A DNA stretch of 64,000 nucleotides from positions 31 through 64,030 of the forward strand of contig CASFBJ010000016.1 of NCBI GenBank assembly GCA_949292875.1. The letters run 5' to 3'. The stretch is from an uncultured Christensenella sp. GTDB taxonomy: Bacteria; Bacillota; Clostridia; Christensenellales; UBA1242. Positions within the stretch are counted from its first letter, which is position 1; each line of letters starts with the position of its first letter. Below, piece after piece: positions 31,833-42,189 of this stretch. A program made the translations under genes and the position numbers. The notes under the pieces are model-generated. The model saw only the letters and a program-made list of their open reading frames with translations, had not been told where the DNA came from and made no database searches.

Positions 31833-31860
31833 AAAATGCGACTTTTGGTCGCATTTTTTT
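31833..31860 (+). terminator. Intrinsic terminator
   Basis: AAAATGCGAC-TTTTG-GTCGCATTTTTTT. Confidence 0.75.
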
Positions 31861-32160
31861 AATTATATTTTTTGTTTTTTATTCTAATCGTTTAGCTTAC
31901 TTGCTTGTATTCCTATCATAACAAAAGCACATATTTTTCATATTTTACTTTGTTTGCAATATTCATTATTTTGCTTTCGCATTATCTACAAAGAAGTATA
32001 TCATTTTAGCATTTTTACTATACATGTAATGCATTTTAATTAAAGTAAATATTTTTTACTTAATTATATTTAAGTTAAACAATTTGTAGTTATAATAGAT
32101 TAATATAACACAAGAATATTAGATATTACATTTGCAATTTATCATATATAAAATAAAGCA

Positions 32161-32189
32161 TTGACAAAAACGCACTTATAAAGTAAAAT
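32161..32189 (+). promoter_or_regulatory. sigmaA promoter
   Basis: TTGACA-17-TAAAAT. Confidence 0.7.
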
Positions 32190-32215
32190 GAGAAAAAATG
32201 TATAAGGTGGTATAT

Positions 32216-32596
32216 ATGAAGATAGCTGAAGCGGAAAAAGATGCTAAACTTTTATGGAAAGACAAAAAGCGAATATTTGGTATGCCTATATCTTTTACGA
32301 CATATGGCATATATGAAAAGGAAAACGAATGGACAAAACTTTTTGTACAAACTGGTTGGTTAGATACGAAAGTAGAAGAACTGCACATATATAGAATAGA
32401 TGACATTTCACTAAATCAAACATTAGGTGATAAAATGTATGGTGTAGGTTCTATAAAGATATATTGTCAAGATGCTTCTAATAACGAAGTAACGCTTAAG
32501 TGCATAAAAGAGCCATATAAAGTTAGAGCGCTTTTAAATGACTTAATAGAAAGAGAGAGAACAAAGAGAAAAACTGTATATGGAGAATTTCAATAA
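32216..32596 (+). CDS. Bacterial PH-domain (bPH_2-like) protein
   Basis: LWKDKKRIFGMPISFTTY...GWL...EELHIYRIDDISL.QTL..KMYGVGSI. Confidence 0.8.
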   Translation: MKIAEAEKDAKLLWKDKKRIFGMPISFTTYGIYEKENEWTKLFVQTGWLDTKVEELHIYRIDDISLNQTLGDKMYGVGSIKIYCQDASNNEVTLKCIKEPYKVRALLNDLIERERTKRKTVYGEFQ

Positions 32597-32643
32597 TTGT
32601 ATATAGTATTATATAGGTAAATGTTTACTTTTATATAGATGAC

Positions 32644-32677
32644 AAAAGGACTTATTTTTTACATAAGTCCTTTTTTT
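32644..32677. terminator. Bidirectional terminator
   Basis: AAAAGGACTTAT...ATAAGTCCTTTTTTT. Confidence 0.7.
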
Positions 32678-32775
32678 AACAAATAAAGTTAAATATTTTT
32701 GTATATTTTATTATTATTAAAATACAATCAAAACAAAATAATCTTATATCAACTTATGAGATGTGATAAAGTAAA

Positions 32776-33693
32776 CTAATAAACATCTTGTGCATTTTCA
32801 CTTAATTCTTGCAAGATAGCATTATTGTTTTTCCAATTTTCCTTTACTTTCACAAAAAGTTCAAGATAAACTTGCTTACCTAGCATTTTTTCTATATCTA
32901 AACGAGAAAGTTGACCTATCTTTTTAAGCATTTGTCCTTTTTTACCTATTATAATGGACTTATGAGATTGCTTTTCGCAAATAATATCGGCATAAACTTT
33001 TGCAAGAGTAGAATATTCTTCAAACTTTATAATGCTTACCGCCACCCCATGCGGTACTTCATTATCTAGAGCATAGAGCATTTTTTCTCTTATTATTTCG
33101 CCACAAATAAACTTAGTAGACTTTGTAGTGTACACTTCTCTATCAAAAAGCAAATCATTTTCATCAACTTGCGGTAAGTATTTTTTAATCATTGATAAAA
33201 GTACATCTAAGTTTCTATTTTTATGGCTTGATATAGGTAATATCTCTTTTAGAAATGTTAGTTCGTTTAACTTTTGCAAATGCGGATACAATTTTTCAAA
33301 AGTAGTTAAGTCTGTTTTAGTTACGAGTAAGATAACATTTTCATATTTTTTAAAGCTTTGTATAAAAGTAAGCGTTTTGTCATCTATGCCTTTGCTACCG
33401 TCTACAAGAAGTAATACAAGGTCTACATCAATACTTGCAAGTGCTACATTTTTGTTCATTATATCGCCTAGTTTGCTATCGCTATGATGAATGCCTGGGG
33501 TATCTACAAAAACTATTTGACTATCTTCATCATTATATATGCCTACTATATTATCTCTTGTAGTTTGTGGCTTAGGGGACACTATGCTTACTTTTTCTTT
33601 TATAAGTGCATTTATAAGCGAACTTTTACCAGCGTTTGCCTTACCTACAACGCACACAGTGCCTAAATAGTATTTTTTATCCTTTTTATCCAT
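32776..33693 (-). CDS. era: GTPase Era
   Basis: GKANAGKSS, PQTTR, DTPG, TKTD, KH domain IIIGKKG. Confidence 0.96.
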   Translation of the reverse strand: MDKKDKKYYLGTVCVVGKANAGKSSLINALIKEKVSIVSPKPQTTRDNIVGIYNDEDSQIVFVDTPGIHHSDSKLGDIMNKNVALASIDVDLVLLLVDGSKGIDDKTLTFIQSFKKYENVILLVTKTDLTTFEKLYPHLQKLNELTFLKEILPISSHKNRNLDVLLSMIKKYLPQVDENDLLFDREVYTTKSTKFICGEIIREKMLYALDNEVPHGVAVSIIKFEEYSTLAKVYADIICEKQSHKSIIIGKKGQMLKKIGQLSRLDIEKMLGKQVYLELFVKVKENWKNNNAILQELSENAQDVY

Positions 33694-33703
33694 AACTCAC
33701 CTT

Positions 33704-34201
33704 TTAGTATTTTTCTTTTATTTCTTCTACTCTATCTAGTACATTTTCTTCTATTTCACGCATAACTTTTTTTTCTTCATCTTGCATATGGTCGTAACCT
33801 AAAAGGTGAAGAAGTCCATGCAAAAAAAGGTACGCATATTCTCTTTCTTGACTATGTCCATATTCTAGTGCTTGTTCTTTTGCTATATCATCGCATATAA
33901 CTATGTCGCCTAGTGATAGTTCGCCAGTTTGCATATCTATATCAAATGGATACAAATCGGGGTTTACTATATCGCCAGCTTTTAGATTAAGTAAAGGAAA
34001 AGAAAGTACATCTGTAGGTTTGTCTACATTTCTCATAGACGCATTTAGAGAATGTATGTATTCTTTACTTACAAAATCTAGTGAGCAAGTTAGTTTATCA
34101 TAAGTTTGATTAGTTACTATCATGCAGTTTTGAAAAACCTTTTCAAGTAATGAAACTAAGTTTTTGTCAAGTTCTTTATTATCGTTTAAATATTCTATCA
34201 T
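33704..34201 (-). CDS. ybeY: rRNA maturation endoribonuclease YbeY
   Basis: DKPTDVLSFP, LGDIVIC, HGLLHLLGYDH. Confidence 0.96.
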   Translation of the reverse strand: MIEYLNDNKELDKNLVSLLEKVFQNCMIVTNQTYDKLTCSLDFVSKEYIHSLNASMRNVDKPTDVLSFPLLNLKAGDIVNPDLYPFDIDMQTGELSLGDIVICDDIAKEQALEYGHSQEREYAYLFLHGLLHLLGYDHMQDEEKKVMREIEENVLDRVEEIKEKY

Positions 34202-35328
34202 AATTGCTCCTTAGTTGCTATATTTTTTCTTACTTCAAGATATGTAGTTATATGGTACACGCCGTCTATTTCTATGGTTTGAGTGCTTTGACTAACCACT
34301 TCAAAATTTGATTTTATATTTTCATATGCTTTATATAGAGATTCTTTTTCAAGGGCTACTCTATCTCTTTCATAGTTTGCCTCGCCTATGTCGCCAATCT
34401 CATAATATATAGTATCTTGCATAATTATAGGTACTATTCCGTTCATAGTTTGAGTAATAGTTTCCACTTCATATGTAGATTGAAGTATACTTTCATCTCC
34501 TTGTTGTGAGCATGGCACATTCATTCCTAAAATATTCATTGTCCTTTTTATGTACACATTGCCCGTTCTGCCTTGAAGTGGTTTATTTGTATCATACACT
34601 ACTTGACCTTTAATGTAAGTACGAGCATACACTTCGCCTTTAGCCTGCACAGGTATGCTTTTATCTCCGTCAAGCACATAAGGCGCTATGAGCATTTGAC
34701 CCTTTTTTACTATATCTCCTACTTTTACAAGCGGTGTACCTTGCTGTACTTTCATCTCAGATATTACACCTGTGAATTCGGCATATATTGGTGAAAAAAG
34801 TGTAGTGTCTGTTTCTTCATCATAATCTTTCTCTTTTATATGTAGTACTAGCGTATTTCCTACAACTAGCGCACTAGCAAAAGAAATATCGGGAAAATGA
34901 GAAAGAATAAGCGGTTCTATATCTTCTACATTTAGTGAAAAAGAAAGACTGCCTATATTATATCCATTTTCTTTTAGTAAGTCAATTATTTCGCTTTTTT
35001 CTACTCTATTTAATCCTTTAATATCATAGACTAAAAGAACATTTGAAAAAATAAGTATGAGCAAAAATGAAATACATAGCCCAACTATAAGACCTATTCT
35101 ATTTCTCATAAACTGTAAAAAACTTTCTAATCCTATCGTTTTAGTTTGCATATCATTGCTTTCGTGTTGCAAAATCTCTTTAACTTGCTGTTCATGCTTT
35201 TTATCTACAGAAAAAGAAAGAGAATGCTCGCCTTTCTCTATGTCATAAGTTTGTATGCCTCGACTATGCAATGCGTTTAACTTGCGCTCTGCATTTAGTG
35301 GCTTAACTGTAAAGCGAATAGTACGCAT
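34198..35328 (-). CDS. yqfD: Sporulation protein YqfD
   Basis: Single TM, POTRA-like segment, GTPLVKVGDIVKKGQMLI...AKGEVYART; yqfC-yqfD-ybeY-era synteny. Confidence 0.88.
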   Translation of the reverse strand: MRTIRFTVKPLNAERKLNALHSRGIQTYDIEKGEHSLSFSVDKKHEQQVKEILQHESNDMQTKTIGLESFLQFMRNRIGLIVGLCISFLLILIFSNVLLVYDIKGLNRVEKSEIIDLLKENGYNIGSLSFSLNVEDIEPLILSHFPDISFASALVVGNTLVLHIKEKDYDEETDTTLFSPIYAEFTGVISEMKVQQGTPLVKVGDIVKKGQMLIAPYVLDGDKSIPVQAKGEVYARTYIKGQVVYDTNKPLQGRTGNVYIKRTMNILGMNVPCSQQGDESILQSTYEVETITQTMNGIVPIIMQDTIYYEIGDIGEANYERDRVALEKESLYKAYENIKSNFEVVSQSTQTIEIDGVYHITTYLEVRKNIATKEQL

Positions 35329-35588
35329 TATTTAACCTCCGTACTTGTTATTTTTCCACAAATAAGTATGCCTTGTTTACTTATCTCCTTTATGTAAAGT
35401 TCTGTTCCTAATATTTCTAGCACCTTATTTTTTTTTAGTGATAAAACAATAGTATCTGTTTGAAATTTAAGTATTTTTGATATACCCATTACATACAATT
35501 GTTCTCCGCCTAAGTTAAGCATTTTATATGGATAAAGCGCTTCATTTATTCCGCTTGAAGAAAGCAGATTTTGAGTTACATTTAGCAT
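35328..35588 (-). CDS. yqfC: YabP/YqfC family sporulation protein
   Basis: GGEQLYVMG..KILKF...I.GTELYIKEI...ILICGKI; upstream of yqfD. Confidence 0.8.
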   Translation of the reverse strand: MLNVTQNLLSSSGINEALYPYKMLNLGGEQLYVMGISKILKFQTDTIVLSLKKNKVLEILGTELYIKEISKQGILICGKITSTEVK

Positions 35589-35711
35589 GATATATATGTA
35601 TGTTTTAAAATGTAAAATATTACTTTCACACATAAACAAGTGCGTAAATATAATGAAATATAAGCGATTTTTTACCAAACAGCAAAAGCAAAATACTAAG
35701 GAGAACACAAT

Positions 35712-36470
35712 TTGAAAAAAATACTTGAGTTTAAAGATGTTTCACTAAATTATTTTACATTGGAAAGTGAAACAAGAGCACTTGAAAATATAACATTTGA
35801 TATAAACGAAGGCGAATTTGTATCCATTGTAGGGCCTAGTGGTTGCGGTAAAACAACCATACTTTCACTTATAGCAGGACTTATTAAGCCTAGTAGTGGT
35901 GAAATAAAATTGTATAGTAATAGCGACCACGCCTGCGGATATATGTTTCAAAGAGATTTATTATTTGAGTGGCGTAACATTGAGCAAAACATAACACTAG
36001 GACTTGAAACACAGCACAAGAAAACAAAAGAAAATGTTGCTTACATTAAGGAACTTGCGACCAAGTACGGACTTGGCGACTTTTTGAAGCATTATCCTAA
36101 TCAATTAAGTGGCGGTATGCGTCAAAGAGTTGCACTTATAAGGACACTTGCGCTTAAACCGGACATTCTGCTTCTTGATGAGCCTTTTTCCGCTTTAGAC
36201 TTTCAAACAAGGTTAAATGTTTGCGATGATGTATACGAGATAATAAAGAAGGAAAAGAAAACTGCAATACTTGTAACTCACGATATAAGTGAGGCCATAT
36301 CAATGAGTGATAGAATAATCATACTAAGCAAAAGACCTGCAAAAGTTAAGCAGATAATGGATATAGAATTAAATACATTTACACCATTTCAAAGACGAGA
36401 AAAACCTACCTTTAGCAAATATTTTGAAAAGATATGGAAGGAGATGAACAGTGATGAAGAAAAAAAATAG
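35712..36470 (+). CDS. NitT/TauT-type ABC transporter ATP-binding protein (YtlC-like)
   Basis: GPSGCGKTT, LSGGMRQR, LLDEPF, VTHD. Confidence 0.9.
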   Translation: MKKILEFKDVSLNYFTLESETRALENITFDINEGEFVSIVGPSGCGKTTILSLIAGLIKPSSGEIKLYSNSDHACGYMFQRDLLFEWRNIEQNITLGLETQHKKTKENVAYIKELATKYGLGDFLKHYPNQLSGGMRQRVALIRTLALKPDILLLDEPFSALDFQTRLNVCDDVYEIIKKEKKTAILVTHDISEAISMSDRIIILSKRPAKVKQIMDIELNTFTPFQRREKPTFSKYFEKIWKEMNSDEEKK

Positions 36471-37263
36471 TATTGTTGTGAGTAATGAACACAACAACTT
36501 TATAAAAAGTGTAAAAAGATATAAAGGATTAGTAATAGGGTTACAAATAACACTTTTTGTTGCTTTTTTTGGATTATGGGAACTTTTTACTTATGTAGGA
36601 ATATTAGACGCTTTTTTTGTTAGTAGTCCTAGCAGAATGATAAGTACAATCATAGAACTAGCGCAACAAAACAACTTGTGGCAACACATTTTTACTACAT
36701 TATACGAAGCCTTTTTAGGTTTTTTAATAGCAACAGTTTTAGGATACATCATTGCAGTACTTTTATGGAGTAGTAAGTTAGTTAGAAATGTTCTTGAACC
36801 ATACATTGTAGTTCTTAATAGTTTGCCTAAAATAGCATTAGGGCCAATAATCATTGTATGGTTTGGTGTAGGCACAAAAGCAATAGTTGTAATGGCAATA
36901 CTCATTCTTATTATTGTTACCATTCTTTCTATGCTTAGTTCATTTTTATCTGTAGATAAAGACAAAATACTACTTATGCAATCTTTAGGTGCAAATAAAT
37001 GGCAGATTTTAACCAAATTAGTTATACCTAATAGTATGGTTGATTTTATATCTGTTCTAAAGATAAATGTAGGTTTAACATGGGTAGGAACTATAATGGG
37101 CGAATACCTTGTAAGCAAAGCAGGATTAGGATACCTTATAGTTTATGGTGGAACGGTATTTAATCTAGATTTAGTTATGGCAAGCACGCTTATACTTTGT
37201 ATACTTGCTGGGGGTATGTACGGACTAGTAGTGCTTATAGAAAAAAGATTTAAAAGAAACTAA
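36451..37263 (+). CDS. NitT/TauT-type ABC permease (YtlD-like)
   Basis: SSPS, NSLPKIALGP, GANKWQ, GEYLVSKAGLGYLI. Confidence 0.9.
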   Translation: MMKKKNSIVVSNEHNNFIKSVKRYKGLVIGLQITLFVAFFGLWELFTYVGILDAFFVSSPSRMISTIIELAQQNNLWQHIFTTLYEAFLGFLIATVLGYIIAVLLWSSKLVRNVLEPYIVVLNSLPKIALGPIIIVWFGVGTKAIVVMAILILIIVTILSMLSSFLSVDKDKILLMQSLGANKWQILTKLVIPNSMVDFISVLKINVGLTWVGTIMGEYLVSKAGLGYLIVYGGTVFNLDLVMASTLILCILAGGMYGLVVLIEKRFKRN

Positions 37264-37305
37264 TTCATATGTTTTTAGCGGGTATTTTTAAAAATTTTAT
37301 CATTT

Positions 37306-38283
37306 TTACCGCATTTTCTTTACAATAATAACAAGCACTATAAAACATGACATAAGTCCTAATATTATGTAAGAATATTCTACTATTTTTGAAAAACCTA
37401 ATAGCGAGCATACAAACATAAGAGCAAACAAGATAGTTAGATAAAAGTACGAATTAGTACTTTTTTTAATCTTTGCATAAAGAGCATACGCACTAGAAAG
37501 AAAAGAAGATAGCATTGCAAGAAAAGTTACAATAAGTGTGAGAATGTATAGTGCTGGAATATTTTTTGCTATATCTACAAGAGGCATATCTATGTTTGTT
37601 ATATTTTCATGTTGCAATATATATATTTGCACAAATATAAAAAGTACAAGTATAGCACAAGAAAGCAGGCAACTAAGAATAATTTGTTTAGTAGTCATTT
37701 TATTAGATAGTTGCAATACACTACCACAAAGAAGTACAACATTAAGCGTAACATAAGGAAAAATATTTAGATAATTAGTTGTGCTTATATCTACAATATT
37801 TTGTGTAGCGTTTGGGTGATATATACTTACATACAAAAGGCCTAAAAGATATAGTATTACAAGCGGAAAAAGTATGACATTTACTTTAACAATACCTGAC
37901 AAATCAAACTGCAACAAAACAAAACTAAAAGCAAGAGTTATAAGGCAAAATATTGTACCAAAAAGTTCATTTAAGCCAGATATCATTAGAGATGCAAAAG
38001 TAAAATATGTAAGATAAGAAAGCAATGTAAAAACTATATTAAAAATAGACTTCTTCCCTTTTTTATTATTACAAACATCAAGCATATTTGAAATATTTGC
38101 CTTTTTAAACTTTATAAAAAGAATAATAGATGTAGATAAAAAAACTATAGCGCATAATAAAAGCAAATAAAGTGCATGATTTCCAAATTTTGCAAAATAG
38201 TGATATATCTCATTACCAGTAATAAAACTTGCACCAATTATGGTACAAATATATACACAAACAAAACTAATTACATTCTTCAT
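37306..38283 (-). CDS. YkvI-like multi-TM membrane protein
   Basis: TIIGASFITGNEIYHYF resembles the family GAGFASG.E..FF motif; about 10 TM segments. Confidence 0.7.
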   Translation of the reverse strand: MKNVISFVCVYICTIIGASFITGNEIYHYFAKFGNHALYLLLLCAIVFLSTSIILFIKFKKANISNMLDVCNNKKGKKSIFNIVFTLLSYLTYFTFASLMISGLNELFGTIFCLITLAFSFVLLQFDLSGIVKVNVILFPLVILYLLGLLYVSIYHPNATQNIVDISTTNYLNIFPYVTLNVVLLCGSVLQLSNKMTTKQIILSCLLSCAILVLFIFVQIYILQHENITNIDMPLVDIAKNIPALYILTLIVTFLAMLSSFLSSAYALYAKIKKSTNSYFYLTILFALMFVCSLLGFSKIVEYSYIILGLMSCFIVLVIIVKKMR

Positions 38284-39100
38284 TGTTTTCACTCTTTAAA
38301 AATATATTTTCAAATTCATTTTGCATTATTAGTTTTTTAACTTTATTATTCTCATCAAATACTAAAAGTGCAGTATAGTAATTTTGGTTTAGTATCTTAT
38401 GTATACACATTTTGTCGCTATCTTGAGTAATACAAAAAACTTTTAGTGGCATAGGTTTATTTTTTGATAAAACTTTGCTTTGTAGCGTTAATATGCTCTC
38501 ATATGAGTACAATTCTTTATCATCAAATGCTCCAAATAAAATAAAGAAAGACATAATACCAAAACTAAAGTTTGGACTATAAAATAATGAAATAATAAAT
38601 AGAATAAAAAGCAATATAGAAGATATAATATTTAAAATGCAAAGTACTTTATAACAAATGCTTCTTTTCTTGTATTTACTGCTTAATGCTAGCAATATTC
38701 TACTTCCGTCTAGTGGTAAAAGTGGCAAGAAATTGAATATTGCTAAAGAAATATTTGAATATACAAAAATATCTGTATAAGCATAACTTTCAGGATATAT
38801 CCACCATAAGCATATAGTCAAAATGCCTACAAAAATATTTGCTAATGGTCCTGATATTGCAATCTTTATATCATCTTTGTAATTAAGATTAGATGAAGAT
38901 AAACTAAGTTGAGCACCATAAGGAAGTAGACAAAAGTTTTTTAGCCCTACCCCTATTTTCCTCGCTACTATATAATGAGCATATTCATGTATAAAGACTG
39001 CAGATAAAAAGCAAATAAAATAAAAAGCATTTACAAATACACACATAAATATTGCTAATACTATAAAAAGTGGGTGCAGGATAAATATATTTTTATTCAT
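38267..39100 (-). CDS. spoIVFB: Site-2 protease, SpoIVFB-like (M50)
   Basis: LHPLF, HEYAH, LPYGA, AISGPLAN, FNFLPLLPLDG; sigmaE-type promoter. Confidence 0.82.
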   Translation of the reverse strand: MNKNIFILHPLFIVLAIFMCVFVNAFYFICFLSAVFIHEYAHYIVARKIGVGLKNFCLLPYGAQLSLSSSNLNYKDDIKIAISGPLANIFVGILTICLWWIYPESYAYTDIFVYSNISLAIFNFLPLLPLDGSRILLALSSKYKKRSICYKVLCILNIISSILLFILFIISLFYSPNFSFGIMSFFILFGAFDDKELYSYESILTLQSKVLSKNKPMPLKVFCITQDSDKMCIHKILNQNYYTALLVFDENNKVKKLIMQNEFENIFLKSENNEECN

Positions 39101-39106
39101 GTACTA

Positions 39107-39135
39107 AATGTATGCTTGTACAATAAAAAATATAA
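39107..39135 (-). promoter_or_regulatory. sigmaE promoter, 6 nt before the spoIVFB ATG
   Basis: TTATATT-14-CATACATT on the minus strand. Confidence 0.7.
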
Positions 39136-39268
39136 TTAAGTTAAAATAAAAAGGAAAAGTTATAGCACACAAAACAAAAAAAGGACTCTTTTTGAAGTCC
39201 ATTTTTATATTTGAAGTTATATTATCTTTAATTTTTTTAATTAATATTTAGTTTTGATTTGTGTTTAA

Positions 39269-40726
39269 TTATGAAAGCAATGCACCTTCCTCTGTATCTA
39301 CAACTTTCATTATTCTTTCTTCATCGCCATTGTAGGCATTTATATATATATAATAATGTCCGCCATTGTATTCACAATCAAATTCATATGCAAGCACTTC
39401 GCCACCATATTCAAGTGGTATAATGCAAAGTTTTTGAGTATTTATATTTATAGTCTTTTCTATAAGTTCTCTTGCTTCTGTAGCACCTACACTAGGAGTT
39501 GTTTTAGTCCTTTCTACATGATTATATGCGTAATTTTGTGCTTCATATCCTATAACCAGCCCAGTAGTCATATCTACTTTTATCTTAATTAAGTCTGGAT
39601 AATATATAATATTGTTAATAACAGGCGCCATATTTATAACTGCTATACCTTTAGATGTTTCATTCCACACCATTTTCATATCACTTATTCCACAAGCAGT
39701 TAAAAAGTTTTTCGCAATTTCTGCACATTCATCTATAGATTTAGTAGGCGTTTCACTTTCACTTGCTTCACCTACAAAAGTGAGTAAAAATCCTCCTCTT
39801 TTCGCCATTTGCACCATAATGCTTTTATTATCGTTTAATTTTACTGTAAAATCATATGTGTCAAAATTAGCACTTGTAGTACCTTCGTAAACTATTTCAC
39901 TATATTCGTATTTTTCATTTAATACTGCTTCTAGTTTTGCTTGTGCATCTTCTTTTGAAACTTCTTCTTTAGGTAATCCTTTTATCTCTTTGTTATATAA
40001 GGAATCAGAAAATGGTCCATCAAATATCATACTAGGATAACTTATACTATCTGAGCTAAAGCCTTCAAAATTTGAACTAAAATCATCTATACCTAAGTTA
40101 GCATTTGCACTTCCTTCAAGTATGCTATATCCTTGTATAACCTTATCAATTAGTGCGTTAAGAACAAGTTTTAATTCACCTGTTATATCTATAAGTTCTT
40201 GCAACTTTTCTTTTTGTTCACTAGTTAGACTAGCATTTGTTGAAATAAGGCTTGTACAGTATCCGTCCATTTGATTTATAAACTTCACGCCTTCCCTTGT
40301 TGCAGATATATTTACAGGTAGATATGCCAAATTACTTTGCGCATATTTACAATTATCACATACTAGTTGCAAATATTTCTTTTGCAAACTTTCAGAACTA
40401 CTTACTTTAGATTTGTTTAAGTTTAGTTCTATATCATTTACATTATCCACAAGTTCATATACAGCTTTATTGTATGAAGATTCAAGCGAATTTCCGTATT
40501 CATTTTTCATTAAACTTGAATTTGTATACAAAATGCCTAAAGTTATAGCACAAGTTAGAAACACTATACTAAAAACTATACATACCATATACTTATATTT
40601 TAAATCTTCATATCTACCTTCAAATTTCATTTTTTTAAAGTTACTATCATTATTTGCATCAGTTTTTGAAATTAAAGTTTCATCTTTAACATCATTATCG
40701 TAATTGTTATTTACATTTTGTTCCAT
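39269..40726 (-). CDS. ypeB: Germination protein YpeB
   Basis: N-terminal TM, KFINQMDGY, YPSMIFDGPFSD, YPDLIKIKV, YINAYNGDEE; follows sleB. Confidence 0.92.
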   Translation of the reverse strand: MEQNVNNNYDNDVKDETLISKTDANNDSNFKKMKFEGRYEDLKYKYMVCIVFSIVFLTCAITLGILYTNSSLMKNEYGNSLESSYNKAVYELVDNVNDIELNLNKSKVSSSESLQKKYLQLVCDNCKYAQSNLAYLPVNISATREGVKFINQMDGYCTSLISTNASLTSEQKEKLQELIDITGELKLVLNALIDKVIQGYSILEGSANANLGIDDFSSNFEGFSSDSISYPSMIFDGPFSDSLYNKEIKGLPKEEVSKEDAQAKLEAVLNEKYEYSEIVYEGTTSANFDTYDFTVKLNDNKSIMVQMAKRGGFLLTFVGEASESETPTKSIDECAEIAKNFLTACGISDMKMVWNETSKGIAVINMAPVINNIIYYPDLIKIKVDMTTGLVIGYEAQNYAYNHVERTKTTPSVGATEARELIEKTININTQKLCIIPLEYGGEVLAYEFDCEYNGGHYYIYINAYNGDEERIMKVVDTEEGALLS

Positions 40727-40735
40727 TGTTACCTC

Positions 40736-41431
40736 CTATCTAGCAAAAGTATGTCTACCTATAACTACAGTTACTTCACGAGAAAATATCCATGAACTAC
40801 TTGCTGTCGCAGGGTTATAATAGTATATACTTCCATAAGTTGGGTCCCAGCCATTCAAAGCATCTCTTGCCGCTTGATAAGCGGTACTATTTGGTTCCAA
40901 ATTTATTTGTCCATCATGAACAGCGGTAAATGCCCAAGGTTGATAAATTACCCCACTTATTGTATTTGGAAAAGAACTACTTTTAACTCTATTTAATATA
41001 ACCGCACCAACAGCTACTTGTCCTACATAAGGCTCACCTCTAGCTTCTGCATATATGCATTTTGCTAGAAGATATAAGTCAGAACTACTATTACTAGATG
41101 ATGAACCACTATATAGATAAGACATACCTAACGCTTTCGCCGTGATAGGACCTACTGTACCTGTTTGTTCTATACCATTTACTCTTTGAAAATATTTAAC
41201 AGCTTCAGTAGTTAAAGGGCCATAATATCCAGTTATAGGACCATCAAAATATCCCCATCTTTTAAGTTTTTCTTGTACCGTCATTACATCTTCAGTAGAA
41301 AGTGCAGTTTGTACAACATCTGCTTTAGTATAATCATTTCTATTTGCAATAAGAATAACAGCATATATAGCTAAAAAAGCCATAACAACTAGCGTAATTA
41401 AAACTATAGAAAACTTTACTTTATAATTCAT
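40736..41431 (-). CDS. sleB: Spore cortex-lytic enzyme SleB
   Basis: PG-binding domain plus EARGEPY.GQVAVGAVILNRV, FPNTISGVIYQP, YYYNP. Confidence 0.93.
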   Translation of the reverse strand: MNYKVKFSIVLITLVVMAFLAIYAVILIANRNDYTKADVVQTALSTEDVMTVQEKLKRWGYFDGPITGYYGPLTTEAVKYFQRVNGIEQTGTVGPITAKALGMSYLYSGSSSSNSSSDLYLLAKCIYAEARGEPYVGQVAVGAVILNRVKSSSFPNTISGVIYQPWAFTAVHDGQINLEPNSTAYQAARDALNGWDPTYGSIYYYNPATASSSWIFSREVTVVIGRHTFAR

Positions 41432-41432
41432 A

Positions 41433-41978
41433 CTAATCTCCTTGTTTAAAAAACTTTTCAATTATTTCCAAAATTTTAGATTTATATACTACTAAACTTT
41501 TACTTGCGTTATCATTAGGCACAAAACATAAAGGCGGATATACAACGCACCACCAATTATCACCCTTTGCTTCACCTAACTCACATATAAGAGCATCATA
41601 ATACCCACTTTCAACTATTTCTCCCTCATAATACCTATCTGGAAAATACTCATTACATATCTTGACATTACTTTTATAATCAAAGTTGTGTTTTTCCAAA
41701 ATATAATCTGCTATTTGCTCTAATGTATGAGAAACTCTTTTAGTCATTTCCATTGCATCTTCTTTAGACTTGCACTCTGCTACATATGGTGTAAGAAAAG
41801 AAACAAAAGCTTCTTTAATTTCATACTTTACATTTTGGTCTATATCAGCATTGCTATTTGCCCTTATATGTAACCTAAAGATTTTTGTTTCTTTCTCATT
41901 ATCCGCTTCTTGACCACTTAACAAAATAGCACCTATACAAAGTATCACAGCAACTAATATACAAAAAGTTTTTTTCAT
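41433..41978 (-). CDS. spoIIR: Stage II sporulation protein R
   Basis: RLHIRANSN..DQ.VK, FP.R.Y, G.YDAL, G.NWWCVVYPPLCF. Confidence 0.95.
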   Translation of the reverse strand: MKKTFCILVAVILCIGAILLSGQEADNEKETKIFRLHIRANSNADIDQNVKYEIKEAFVSFLTPYVAECKSKEDAMEMTKRVSHTLEQIADYILEKHNFDYKSNVKICNEYFPDRYYEGEIVESGYYDALICELGEAKGDNWWCVVYPPLCFVPNDNASKSLVVYKSKILEIIEKFFKQGD

Positions 41979-42189
41979 AAACGCTCCTATATTTAATTTA
42001 ATTTTTAACTTTAAAATTAAAATTAAAATGCGTTTAATGTCGTTAAAACAACAATAAACGCATATTTTAGATATTTTTAAATTCTATTTATATGTATGTA
42101 AATATTTAATATAAAATATTTCAAAATACATAGCGTAAAACATTATTATTACAAATATAAAAAAAGACTACGCCATAAGCGTAGCCTAG

